DNA of 64,000 nucleotides from a virus (taxonomy: Duplodnaviria > Caudoviricetes), in the IMG/VR virus record IMGVR_UViG_3300020195_001430, positions 1,290 to 65,289 of that record; one strand, written 5' to 3'. Under the pieces are notes generated by a model that searched no databases, was not told the DNA's origin, and was given only the letters and a program-made list of their open reading frames with translations. Every line of letters starts with the position of its first letter. Position 1 is the first letter of the stretch. Position numbers and translations under genes: made by a program. This document shows, piece after piece, positions 48,210 through 56,856 of this stretch.

Positions 48210-48642
48210 AGACAGCACGGACGCCAAGACACTTGAATTGATCAATGCTGTCAAGGTGCAGAAGGAAGAGATCTCCAAGGCTGAGCGGCCCACATGGATT
48301 ACAAACTGTTCCTTCTCATACACCGAGCGTCCAAACGACGCCATGAACATTCATGTTGAGGCAAACATTAGGAATCTGGTGTGCATCGCTGCGTTCTTGA
48401 AGGAAAAGGAAAAGTCCTACAAGGAAGCGGCAGAAGCACTCGGAGTGGATGCTCCGGCATTCACATGGGGAGGCCATTCAGTCAATGAATGGCTGGAAGA
48501 TCTGAAACTTAGAATCAACAAGATTCAGATTGCTTCCAAGAAGAAGAAGCTGGAGATTTTGGAATCTCGGCTCAATGCCATCATCAGTCCTGAACTCAGG
48601 GCAAAGATGGAACTCGAAGCAATTGCCAACGAGTTACTGTAA
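48184..48642 (+). CDS. hypothetical protein
   Basis: RBS AGGAG; helical C-terminus. Confidence 0.7.
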   Translation: MTTKTKTTKDSTDAKTLELINAVKVQKEEISKAERPTWITNCSFSYTERPNDAMNIHVEANIRNLVCIAAFLKEKEKSYKEAAEALGVDAPAFTWGGHSVNEWLEDLKLRINKIQIASKKKKLEILESRLNAIISPELRAKMELEAIANELL

Positions 48643-48677
48643 GTTTACACAACAAACCAACCACCAAGGAGATAACG

Positions 48678-48914
48678 ATGAAAACTGAATTTCTATTGTC
48701 AGAAGAGTTCGTAGACTTTTCTGCAAATGTCAAAAGGCTTCACGATCAGAAGAAAGAATTCGAAGCCGAATTCAAAAAGTTCTACACAGAACACAAGGCC
48801 AGAGTGAAGGGCATTGACGACGAGGCTCTCAAACTTCAACAGGAGTTTGACAACTGGGTCGTGGCTCAAACTCAAAGCAAAGCCACGCCGAACCAAGGAA
48901 AGGACAAGTCCTAA
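48678..48914 (+). CDS. hypothetical coiled-coil protein
   Basis: RBS AGGAG. Confidence 0.65.
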   Translation: MKTEFLLSEEFVDFSANVKRLHDQKKEFEAEFKKFYTEHKARVKGIDDEALKLQQEFDNWVVAQTQSKATPNQGKDKS

Positions 48915-49493
48915 ATGGACCTGCGATATTTCAACGACATGACAAACCAAAATGTCCGTCAGCCAATTGATCTGTCACCAATGTCAGATCAAGAGTTGTA
49001 TGCTCTGCAACAGCGAATCTATGCTGAAACCCAGCAAAGACAAGCCGCTGCCAGAGCCAACAACGAGAAGGTGGGCAAGGATTTCCTTGCCAGCAGCGAG
49101 GCTCAGCAACTGAAGGCTGACATTCAGGCTTTGGAAGCTGAGTTCTCTTTGCTTCCAAAGAAGATCGACCTCAATCAAAAGATCACTCTGAAGTTGTCGG
49201 CTGAGATGAGCATGTACGAATCTGTAACTGAGATCATCGAAAATGGAGATGATCCTTGTGGATTCACACTGGAATTGGAAGATGCGTCTTCTGTTCCAGA
49301 AGACTTGAAGAGCAGCATTGAGAGCATGATCGACGATCTGAATTCTGACTACAATCCAGCAGGCGAATTCTTGCAGAATTCGTTTGATGGGCGACAGTGG
49401 TCCGATTTCTTACAGAAACTAAAAGGGCTTGATGACCGGCTCAAAGGTCTGTATGATGCCGGTCTGGACCTTGACGATCTCATGGAGGAGTAA
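48915..49493 (+). CDS. hypothetical protein
   Basis: 192-aa acidic ORF. Confidence 0.65.
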   Translation: MDLRYFNDMTNQNVRQPIDLSPMSDQELYALQQRIYAETQQRQAAARANNEKVGKDFLASSEAQQLKADIQALEAEFSLLPKKIDLNQKITLKLSAEMSMYESVTEIIENGDDPCGFTLELEDASSVPEDLKSSIESMIDDLNSDYNPAGEFLQNSFDGRQWSDFLQKLKGLDDRLKGLYDAGLDLDDLMEE

Positions 49494-49529
49494 AGCATGA
49501 TTATGATTTCTGATTTTTAGATTCTGGAA

Positions 49530-49556
49530 GCCTCCTGTATAGATAATACAGGAGGT
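49530..49556 (+). promoter_or_regulatory. RBS-sequestering hairpin with a late-promoter-like TATAGATA at its loop
   Basis: CCTCCTGTAT-AGATA-ATACAGGAGG (10-bp perfect stem) just before ATG 49560. Confidence 0.75.
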
Positions 49557-49559
49557 TTT

Positions 49560-50339
49560 ATGTCATCAGGAATTAAGCTTACACAAGAAGAAGTTTCAGA
49601 TTATTTTAAGCAACAAGGTTGTGAACTTCTCGATTCATACAAGAACGCACGTACTAAGATAAAGTATCGCTGCGTGTGTAACAATATATCAGAAATAGTT
49701 TTTTACAGTTTTAAGGCAGGTAATCGTTGTCGCAATTGTGGCAACAATAAAAATTCTGACAGGCAAACTTTTTTACAAAAAGAAGCAGAAGAAAAATTTA
49801 ATAAAATTGGTTGTAAGCTGATTGGAAGTTACACAAAATCCAGAATACCAGTTGAATTTCAATGTCATTGTGGATTGATTTCTACAGGAATTCCAAATAA
49901 TATTTGGAGACGTGGTCGCTGTGGAGAATGTGGCATTAAAGCTAGATCAAAAGAGAATCATTATATGTGGTATGATGATCGTGAAGAATATAAGCAGATT
50001 TGTAGCTTCAAGGATCGTTGTCATAAGCTCATAACCATGGTTCTTAATGTAACTGGAAGAGTAAAAAACAAAAAGTCGGCAGAACTTTTGGGGTACGATT
50101 ACAAACAACTTCAAGAGCATATCAAATCACATCCGAATTGGTCTAAAATTAAAGGAAAGTGGCATGTTGATCACATATTTCCTATCAAGGCATTTATTGA
50201 TCATGGAATTTCTGATTTAAAGATAATTAATGGTTTGGATAATTTAAGACCACTTGACTCTAATGAAAATTTGTGCAAGAATGCGAAGTATGATAAGGAT
50301 GAATTTTACACTTGGCTTAAAAAGAAAGGGATTTTATGA
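49560..50339 (+). CDS. free-standing HNH homing endonuclease
   Basis: Two GC.L...Y...CxC...CxxC repeats; WHVDHIFP...INGLDNLRPL...NLCK; AT-rich; overlaps the dnaE-N start. Confidence 0.85.
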   Translation: MSSGIKLTQEEVSDYFKQQGCELLDSYKNARTKIKYRCVCNNISEIVFYSFKAGNRCRNCGNNKNSDRQTFLQKEAEEKFNKIGCKLIGSYTKSRIPVEFQCHCGLISTGIPNNIWRRGRCGECGIKARSKENHYMWYDDREEYKQICSFKDRCHKLITMVLNVTGRVKNKKSAELLGYDYKQLQEHIKSHPNWSKIKGKWHVDHIFPIKAFIDHGISDLKIINGLDNLRPLDSNENLCKNAKYDKDEFYTWLKKKGIL

Positions 50340-52008
50340 TGCACCATCCAATTACAGGTTTTGAACATTTGCATCGTCATAGTGATTTTAGCCTCAACAA
50401 TTAGGGGGCCTTGTCAGAGAAATCTGATAAGCAAACCGGGTGAACTCAGGGAAACCCTAACGTAAAGACGAGGGCAATCCTGAGCCAAGCCTGCGATACA
50501 TCGCAGGAAGGTGCAGAGACTACTGGAGGGATAAAGTTCCCTTAATTACCAGATTCAGTGCCCGGCATCCATTTTGGATGATGATATAGTCCACGCCACA
50601 GGAAACTGTGGAACCGTCGTGCTTAGACGGATTCGCCATGGTCTCCGAATACGCCGAGCGTATGCGGGAAATCAATCAAAAGTTTCTGTGCATTACAGAC
50701 CACGGGGTGATGGGTGCTGTGCCACAGCAAGTATCCGAAAGCGAGAAACACAATCTGTTTCCGCTATTCGGATGCGAGCTTTACATCAACCACATGCAGC
50801 CAGAAGTCAACAGCCGGGAAGAGTCGGCTGAATACAGAAAGTCTTTGGGAGATGGATCGACTGAAGATCGTACTTCCATAGACAAGAAGCCAAGTCTGCT
50901 GCAAAAGAAGTTCGACAAGTCGTCGCACTTGTTGGCCATTGCCTACAACAACGTGGGCTATTCCAATCTTGTGCGTTTGACATCATGGGCATGGATTCAC
51001 GGTTACTACCGTCGCCCACGCATCAATCACGAAGTCCTTCAGAAGTACAAAGAAGGCATCATCTTTACGACCGGCTGTGGCAACAGCGAGATCGCCAATG
51101 CTTTTATGGGCGACAAGGATGAGTCAGGCAAGCCGATCTTCAATGAAGAAGCCGGATTCCAAATGTTGGAACGGTATATCCAGATGATCGGCACCAAGCA
51201 CCTCAAGCTTGAATTGATGATGCTGGACTGGGTGATGCAGAAGTTCTACAACCAGTTCTTGATCAAGGCCCACGACAAGTATCGTCTTGATCTTACGCTC
51301 TCACAGGATTGCCATTACTGTAAGAAAGAGCACAGCCATAACCAGCAGTTGATGCTCATGCAGCAGAACAAACGCACGCTTGGTGAAATCCAAGCGATGA
51401 TCGACGCTGGCGATGCCGATGACATTTTCGAGCTTCAGGACACGAATCTGTGGCTCAAGTCGGAAGATGAACTGAATGTCAAATGGGAATCTGATTTCAG
51501 CGACATCATTCCATACGAACTTTTTAAGCAGTCCAAAGAGAACACAGTCAAAATCTGTGAGTATGCGAAGGGCGTGGAGATTGATCGTCAGATTAAGCTC
51601 CCGAAGATGCCTGACGCTGAAGAACAACTCATGGATCACATCAAACGAGGATTCCTTTCTCGTCACTGCCCCAAGACGCCAGAATACTCCAAGCGGATCA
51701 AAGAGGAATATGAATTGATCTGCGAGAAGGGCTTTGCCAGCTACTTCCTGATTCAGAAGATGATGACGGATGAGGCTCGTGTCAAAGGCCCAGAACTTCT
51801 CGGATTTGGAGATGGATCAGAAGCTGTTGGTCCCGGTCGAGGATCGGCCTGTGGATCATTGGTGGCCTACTGCTTGAGGCTCCACGATGTGGAACCCATT
51901 GTTCATGACTTGAGATTCTCCAGATTCTTGAGTCCTGCTCGTGGTGGTCGCCAGATGCGGATTCGGTATGGAATGGAACCGATCCCGCACGAGATTGTAC
52001 AGATGTAA
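50336..52008 (+). CDS. dnaE: DNA polymerase III alpha, N-terminal gene (PHP plus start of palm); exons 50336-50394 and 50622-52008
   Basis: Spliced product reads HLHRHSDFSLLDG; also ITDHG, GCELY, DCHY and GPGRGSACGSLVAYCL...FSRFL. Confidence 0.9.
50395..50621 (+). mobile_element. group I self-splicing intron (227 nt, no ORF)
   Basis: P1 GCCU|C pairs with GGGGC (U.G at the splice site); core elements CTCAGGGAAA, AATCCTGAGCCAAG, GCAGAGACTA and GATATAGTCC; terminal G; removal restores the frame and the SLLDG motif. Confidence 0.93.
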
Positions 52009-52021
52009 CAAGGATGTTGTG

Positions 52022-52528
52022 ATGAAATGGACACCGAGTAAAAAACTGCAATTGATGGATGCAATTCAACATCGAAAGAAAGATGTTAAGGCTGGCATTA
52101 GTTGCGTTTACTTTGCATTGAGCAAGACGGTTGGGGCCAAGATGTACATCTCTGCAAAAATCAGAGATGAAACATACAGGAAGCAAGCTCATGCCGCTCA
52201 ATACCATCTTGCTCCACAGGTTGGAGATTGCTTTTCCTTCGAGTGTTTCTGGATTGGCCATAATCCTTGCTCCTTGCCTGAAGTGAGGCACAAGGTCATT
52301 TATGGTTATCTGACGCAGAATGCTGTTATTGAGTATCCCAAGAAGGATCGCAAGACAACCTTCAATGAAGAAATGTGGGATCTTGAGATGGAACTTAGAG
52401 ACATCGGGATCGTCAACGAAGATTTGGGTCCATGCAATGTTGGGTTTATTGGCAAACGCATGGTTTGCATTGATTTTGATTATGTTTCATGCCACTGGAA
52501 AGTTGGCAGAAAGAGAAAGGTTACTTGA
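52022..52528 (+). CDS. minimal protein-kinase-like fold protein
   Basis: GAKMY, NEDLGPCNVG (DLxxxN) and CIDFD (DFG-like). Confidence 0.55.
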   Translation: MKWTPSKKLQLMDAIQHRKKDVKAGISCVYFALSKTVGAKMYISAKIRDETYRKQAHAAQYHLAPQVGDCFSFECFWIGHNPCSLPEVRHKVIYGYLTQNAVIEYPKKDRKTTFNEEMWDLEMELRDIGIVNEDLGPCNVGFIGKRMVCIDFDYVSCHWKVGRKRKVT

Positions 52529-53016
52529 TGCAACGAGAACCCAAAGATTGGCTGCTGGTCGCATACAACGCTGCCACAAAAAGCCCTGATCTGTCAACAC
52601 AGAACGGGGCTATTATTGTGGCACGAGACAATGTTGTTCTGCAAGCCTGCAATGAATTGCCTCGCAACGTGAAGATGAAGGGAGAACGCATGGAGCGTCC
52701 TCTCAAGTATTCTTACACAGAACACGCCGAACGCAACGTCATTTACGAAGCAGCCCGGCTAGGAGTGTCCACACAGGGATGTACGATGTATGTGCCATGG
52801 TTTGCCTGTGCAGACTGTGCTCGTGGGATCATTCAGAGCGGCATTACAAAAGTTGTAGGGCACAAACAGATGATGGACGGGACTCCAGACCACTGGAAAG
52901 AATCCATCAAAGCAGCGTTTGAGATGCTGGAAGAAGCGGGGGTTCAGACAGAATTGCTGGATGTAGTTCTGAATGGACCCAAGGTTCGCTTTAACGGCAA
53001 GTGGTGGCAACCATAA
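52528..53016 (+). CDS. dCMP deaminase-like protein
   Basis: SPD.STQNGA, HAERN and ACADCAR. Confidence 0.9.
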   Translation: MQREPKDWLLVAYNAATKSPDLSTQNGAIIVARDNVVLQACNELPRNVKMKGERMERPLKYSYTEHAERNVIYEAARLGVSTQGCTMYVPWFACADCARGIIQSGITKVVGHKQMMDGTPDHWKESIKAAFEMLEEAGVQTELLDVVLNGPKVRFNGKWWQP

Positions 53017-53026
53017 GGAGACAAGC

Positions 53027-53383
53027 ATGACGCTTGAAGAATACTGTGATTTTGTAGTCAGCAAGGCTTCCGCACGTTCTACAAAGGATTTTGAATCCGC
53101 CATTGGAACAAGCGGCCTTGGAATCGCTGGTGAGGCAGGAGAACTCGCTGATCTGACGAAGAAGGTTTTGTTCCATGGGATGGAATTCAACGAGGATGTT
53201 CGCAACAAGTTCATTAAGGAACTTGGCGACGTGATGTGGTATGCAGCATTTCTGGCACGAGTTGTCCTTCAGGTTAAGTTGGAGGATGTTATTGATGCCA
53301 ACGTCGAGAAGCTCAATGCTCGATACAAAGCTGGCTTCACCACACAAGAGTTCATGGCCAAAGAAGAGTGCAAAAAGGAGTAA
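53027..53383 (+). CDS. MazG-like NTP pyrophosphohydrolase
   Basis: GIAGEAGE...KELGDVMWY...NVEKLNARY. Confidence 0.9.
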   Translation: MTLEEYCDFVVSKASARSTKDFESAIGTSGLGIAGEAGELADLTKKVLFHGMEFNEDVRNKFIKELGDVMWYAAFLARVVLQVKLEDVIDANVEKLNARYKAGFTTQEFMAKEECKKE

Positions 53384-53385
53384 TC

Positions 53386-53805
53386 ATGTTCAGTTTGATC
53401 TTGGCGGCATTGTATGTCGCTTGTCGAGTGCTGTTTTCAAATGCCGAACCACTGTCAGCTTTTGAAAGCACGTTGGGGTTTCTGTGGATATGGCACATGA
53501 CATTTGCTGTAATGAAGGTGATTATCTGGCTTGCAGTCCCTATTCTCGGTGCTGTATTTGGGGCAGCAGGCGATGGCAATGAGAAGGTGGCTGGAATCGC
53601 CGCAGTTTTGGTGTCTCCAGTGCTGCTGATACTGATGCTAATTTCATCAGTTTTGTTTTTGGGCGGCGTGTACGCTTTGGATTCAGGAATCCAAAATGGA
53701 GAGATTGTCAATCAGAACCATGTGATTGTTGGGGTGATCCTATACTTCTTGGCAGTGCTGACTCAGCTTAGAAGAACAGCCTCGTCGTCAAGTAGCAAAG
53801 ATTAA
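53386..53805 (+). CDS. four-TM membrane protein
   Basis: Four hydrophobic segments; RBS AGGAG. Confidence 0.7.
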   Translation: MFSLILAALYVACRVLFSNAEPLSAFESTLGFLWIWHMTFAVMKVIIWLAVPILGAVFGAAGDGNEKVAGIAAVLVSPVLLILMLISSVLFLGGVYALDSGIQNGEIVNQNHVIVGVILYFLAVLTQLRRTASSSSSKD

Positions 53806-54023
53806 GAGTTTAGCCATTCTTTGAACTTCAAGAATCTGGAGGTGCCAGTAATTGGCACCTTCGGATTCTTGATCATTTTGTCTATGGCGTTTCTCCCAGA
53901 AGTAGACTGGATTCCATCATGCCAAGCCTTGCTGCGTGTCTCACGAGTGTATTTTGAGAATACACCACGAATGGAGTCAATGAGGTCTTGGACGGCTGGT
54001 CTGGAATCTGTCTTGGATGCCAT
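53802..54023 (-). CDS. hypothetical protein with C-terminal FKEWL motif
   Basis: Coupled by TAATG to 54023..54250. Confidence 0.6.
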   Translation of the reverse strand: MASKTDSRPAVQDLIDSIRGVFSKYTRETRSKAWHDGIQSTSGRNAIDKMIKNPKVPITGTSRFLKFKEWLNS

Positions 54024-54250
54024 TAGTATCCTCTGGATATTCTGTTGCGGTTTTCGGCTCGTTCAGCATCGCCTTCAGCCCTGATTTGATTCCATTTCTT
54101 GGCGATAGCATTACTGCGGTAATTGCCACCATAAGATTTGGCGGCACTGCCGCCATTCGGTAATTTCTTTGGACCCATTTCTGGGTCTTTTTTGCCGAAC
54201 AGATCAGCGAAGAAACCTTCATCTGTTTTTACGAATTCTTTGAATCTCAT
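54023..54250 (-). CDS. small protein with CTS-like N-terminus
   Basis: MRFKEFVKTDE. Confidence 0.6.
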   Translation of the reverse strand: MRFKEFVKTDEGFFADLFGKKDPEMGPKKLPNGGSAAKSYGGNYRSNAIAKKWNQIRAEGDAERAENRNRISRGY

Positions 54251-55005
54251 CTTTTCCCCATCAACGCTAACTGAAAGTTCTTCATGGCAGATGCACCCGG
54301 TGGTGGCATCTGAGGTGGTGCTTGCGGTGCAGCCTGACCTCCCATTAGTGGATCAGCGGCATTGGGGTCTGTGTTGCCGTCCGAGGCATCTCCCATGTCC
54401 ATGTCCATGTCCATGTCCATATCTCCATCATCAATTCCCTCTTCTGAGCCTGCGAAGTCGTTTTCGGATGGTTCTTCATCATCCTGCTCTTCTTCTCCTT
54501 CGAGGCTAGAGGAAAAAGGGGGAGCCACCTCTTCATTCATGGCTCTGACTAGCTTGCTGCACACAACAGGACCGTATTGTTCGTGTGCCATGACTTCCGC
54601 CATGTGGATGTATGTCTCTTTGAATTGCAGCATTTCTGCTACAACCATTCCGAGCAAACCATTTCTGCGGAGTTGCCCAACCAGTTGTTCTGTGAGTGAA
54701 GGATCTTTCTTAATAGCATCTACCAAGACACCACAAAGTTCAGCTTGCTCTGCTGTTGGAATTTTAGCTGGAGCAACACTTTGCTTGTTGTCAACTTTTG
54801 GTTCGTACTTCAGCTTGCTATCGCCTTCATCCCCAAAGCCTTTGTCTTTAGACATCTTGAGCTTTTTGCCATCACTGACGCCATAAGGCTTGCCGCCTTT
54901 AGGGGCATTGGGCGATGTCATTGGATCTACAAAATCTCCTGTGACGCTGACCTTTGGCTTATCGACAGCCCCTTTAGAGTTAAGATATTCTTGAAATAGT
55001 CCCAT
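54247..55005 (-). CDS. hypothetical protein with acidic low-complexity tail
   Basis: RBS AGGAG; starts MGLFQEYLN; (DM)n repeat. Confidence 0.7.
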   Translation of the reverse strand: MGLFQEYLNSKGAVDKPKVSVTGDFVDPMTSPNAPKGGKPYGVSDGKKLKMSKDKGFGDEGDSKLKYEPKVDNKQSVAPAKIPTAEQAELCGVLVDAIKKDPSLTEQLVGQLRRNGLLGMVVAEMLQFKETYIHMAEVMAHEQYGPVVCSKLVRAMNEEVAPPFSSSLEGEEEQDDEEPSENDFAGSEEGIDDGDMDMDMDMDMGDASDGNTDPNAADPLMGGQAAPQAPPQMPPPGASAMKNFQLALMGKR

Positions 55006-55012
55006 GTTTCTC

Positions 55013-55186
55013 CTATTCACTTGGCATTACCATCGCCAAAACAATGTAAATCACGACTGGAAAACCAACGCCCATGATTGCGGCAACTGCAAAACACAGT
55101 CTTACAATTGTTGGATCAATATGGAATTCATTGGCTAAGCCAGAGCAAACGCCAAAGATCATTTTGTTGTGTATGTCTTTTTTCAT
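55013..55186 (-). CDS. pspC: PspC-domain (phage shock protein C) membrane protein, 57 aa (not in the ORF track)
   Basis: MKKDIHNKMIFGVCSGLANEFHIDPTIVRLCFAVAAIMGVGFPVVIYIVLAMVMPSE; RBS GAGG. Confidence 0.85.
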   Translation of the reverse strand: MKKDIHNKMIFGVCSGLANEFHIDPTIVRLCFAVAAIMGVGFPVVIYIVLAMVMPSE

Positions 55187-55273
55187 GTTTTTCCTCGCTT
55201 GAGTTATTTAGATCACAACTTGTGTTTTTACAGAAGTTATGGTATCTATGAGTATTACAGAAAGAAGGTTCAC

Positions 55274-56221
55274 ATGTTAGTTGAAATGGCAATAGGGGAT
55301 GCCTACGGTGCTTGTTTTGAATGCACAAGCAACGATTTTGTGGCGAGAAACAACGATCTTAACTATGAGATCCACCCAAGAGTTCTAAGAAGATATCCTG
55401 CGGACAAGCAACCAACTCTTGTTCCAGCAGGGTGTTATACAGATGACACACAGATGTCAATTGGCATTGTCGAGATGATGCTCGATAAAACCTTTGATTG
55501 GCATGACAAAGAAGCGATGGCTGATGTTTTCTTGAAGTGTTTTAAGCAAGATGAGCGGCGTGGGTATACTCCATATCTCTTCTTGACGTTGATGAACAGC
55601 AAATCGGGGAAAGAGCTTCTTTCAAAACTCAACGGCGACAGTGATAAATCAGGAGCTTTCATGCGTGCCGCACCAATTGGCCTCTACTCTGATCTGGATG
55701 AAGTGAAAGAGAAGGCGGTATTGCAGGCTATTGTCACACATGATTCATGGGTTGGCAGGAATTCAGCGATTGGAGCCGCCATGATGGCTCATTACTTCTA
55801 CCATGATCTTGGGCCGAAGAATGGCATGATCCAATGGCTCAAGGACAATCACTTCAAACACACGTTGTTCGCCGAGAAGCCATTTTTAGTTCCATCTGAC
55901 ACAAATCCAGAAGGGGTCGAGGTAAAGCCTTGGAAGCAAGACAAACGTGTCAGAGTTCATGGTTGGGATTGCTTTGAGGCAGCGGTTTACGTTATAAACG
56001 AGTGTGAAACGATGTCTGAGGTGTTGCATTTGTGCGTGGCTCTTGGCGGAGACTCAGATACGGTTGCCGCTGTGGCGGCAGCAGTTGCAAGTTGTTCCAA
56101 AGAAATCGACCAAGACATTCCAAGTCAACTGATTGAAGGATTTGAGGACGGACCTTTCGGCCACAAATTTTTGGCCGAGTTGGACATTCAACTGAAGGAG
56201 GCTTTCCCATGCGGTGGCTAA
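55274..56221 (+). CDS. ADP-ribosylglycohydrolase (DraG/ARH family)
   Basis: AIGDAYG, YTDDTQM, GAFMR, VTH and GGDSDT. Confidence 0.92.
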   Translation: MLVEMAIGDAYGACFECTSNDFVARNNDLNYEIHPRVLRRYPADKQPTLVPAGCYTDDTQMSIGIVEMMLDKTFDWHDKEAMADVFLKCFKQDERRGYTPYLFLTLMNSKSGKELLSKLNGDSDKSGAFMRAAPIGLYSDLDEVKEKAVLQAIVTHDSWVGRNSAIGAAMMAHYFYHDLGPKNGMIQWLKDNHFKHTLFAEKPFLVPSDTNPEGVEVKPWKQDKRVRVHGWDCFEAAVYVINECETMSEVLHLCVALGGDSDTVAAVAAAVASCSKEIDQDIPSQLIEGFEDGPFGHKFLAELDIQLKEAFPCGG

Positions 56222-56847
56222 TCGTCATTTTGGGCCTGTTGATGCCCGCCAGTGTTAATGCCATGGAAAATGGCACGCTGCTATTCGTTGAAAACGGACA
56301 AAATCTTGTGGAATGTTACACTCATTCCACATACTCCCACGTCGCCATTGTGATCGACGATCATGTGTATGAGGCTGAGCCTCCACGGATTCGGAAGCAA
56401 CCACTGCTGGAGTGGTTTACAAATGTTGGAAAGTACAATGAAGGGACTGCCAGTCCCGCATTGGTCGTTGTGATGTCGCCAGACAAACCGTATTCCAAAG
56501 AGGAAGTCGGCCAGATGCGAGAGTATCTGGAAAAACAAGTTGGGCGACGTTATTCTATCCGTGGGTATCTAAGAAAGGTGCCGGGCGACGGAATCCATTG
56601 TGCCGAGATGTGTGCTGAAGCACTAGAAGCATCAGGTCGATGTGATCTTTCAGACCCAAACTACACGTACTCTCCCGGAGATCTCCACGACACAGCCCCG
56701 GACTATCACCAGCTTGGCAAGAAGTTGTACGTCAGGATCAAAGACGAATATCGTCGGCCTGTGACTTCACGCTGGAAAGACTGGTGGAAGCACAAGGGTT
56801 CAATGTGTGGGTGGAGTTGTATGGAAACAATGACATTCTGCTGGTGA
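56209..56847 (+). CDS. exported permuted papain-like NlpC/P60 amidase (YiiX/YebB-like)
   Basis: Signal peptide; YSHVAI..VYEA (His first), later HCAE (Cys) and SPGDL. Confidence 0.8.
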   Translation: MRWLIVILGLLMPASVNAMENGTLLFVENGQNLVECYTHSTYSHVAIVIDDHVYEAEPPRIRKQPLLEWFTNVGKYNEGTASPALVVVMSPDKPYSKEEVGQMREYLEKQVGRRYSIRGYLRKVPGDGIHCAEMCAEALEASGRCDLSDPNYTYSPGDLHDTAPDYHQLGKKLYVRIKDEYRRPVTSRWKDWWKHKGSMCGWSCMETMTFCW

Positions 56848-56856
56848 AAGAGACAA

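Noticed and set aside
50574-50621. ORF-track starts at 50574 and 50608
   Set aside because: Both lie inside the group I intron; the real start is 50336 or 50339.
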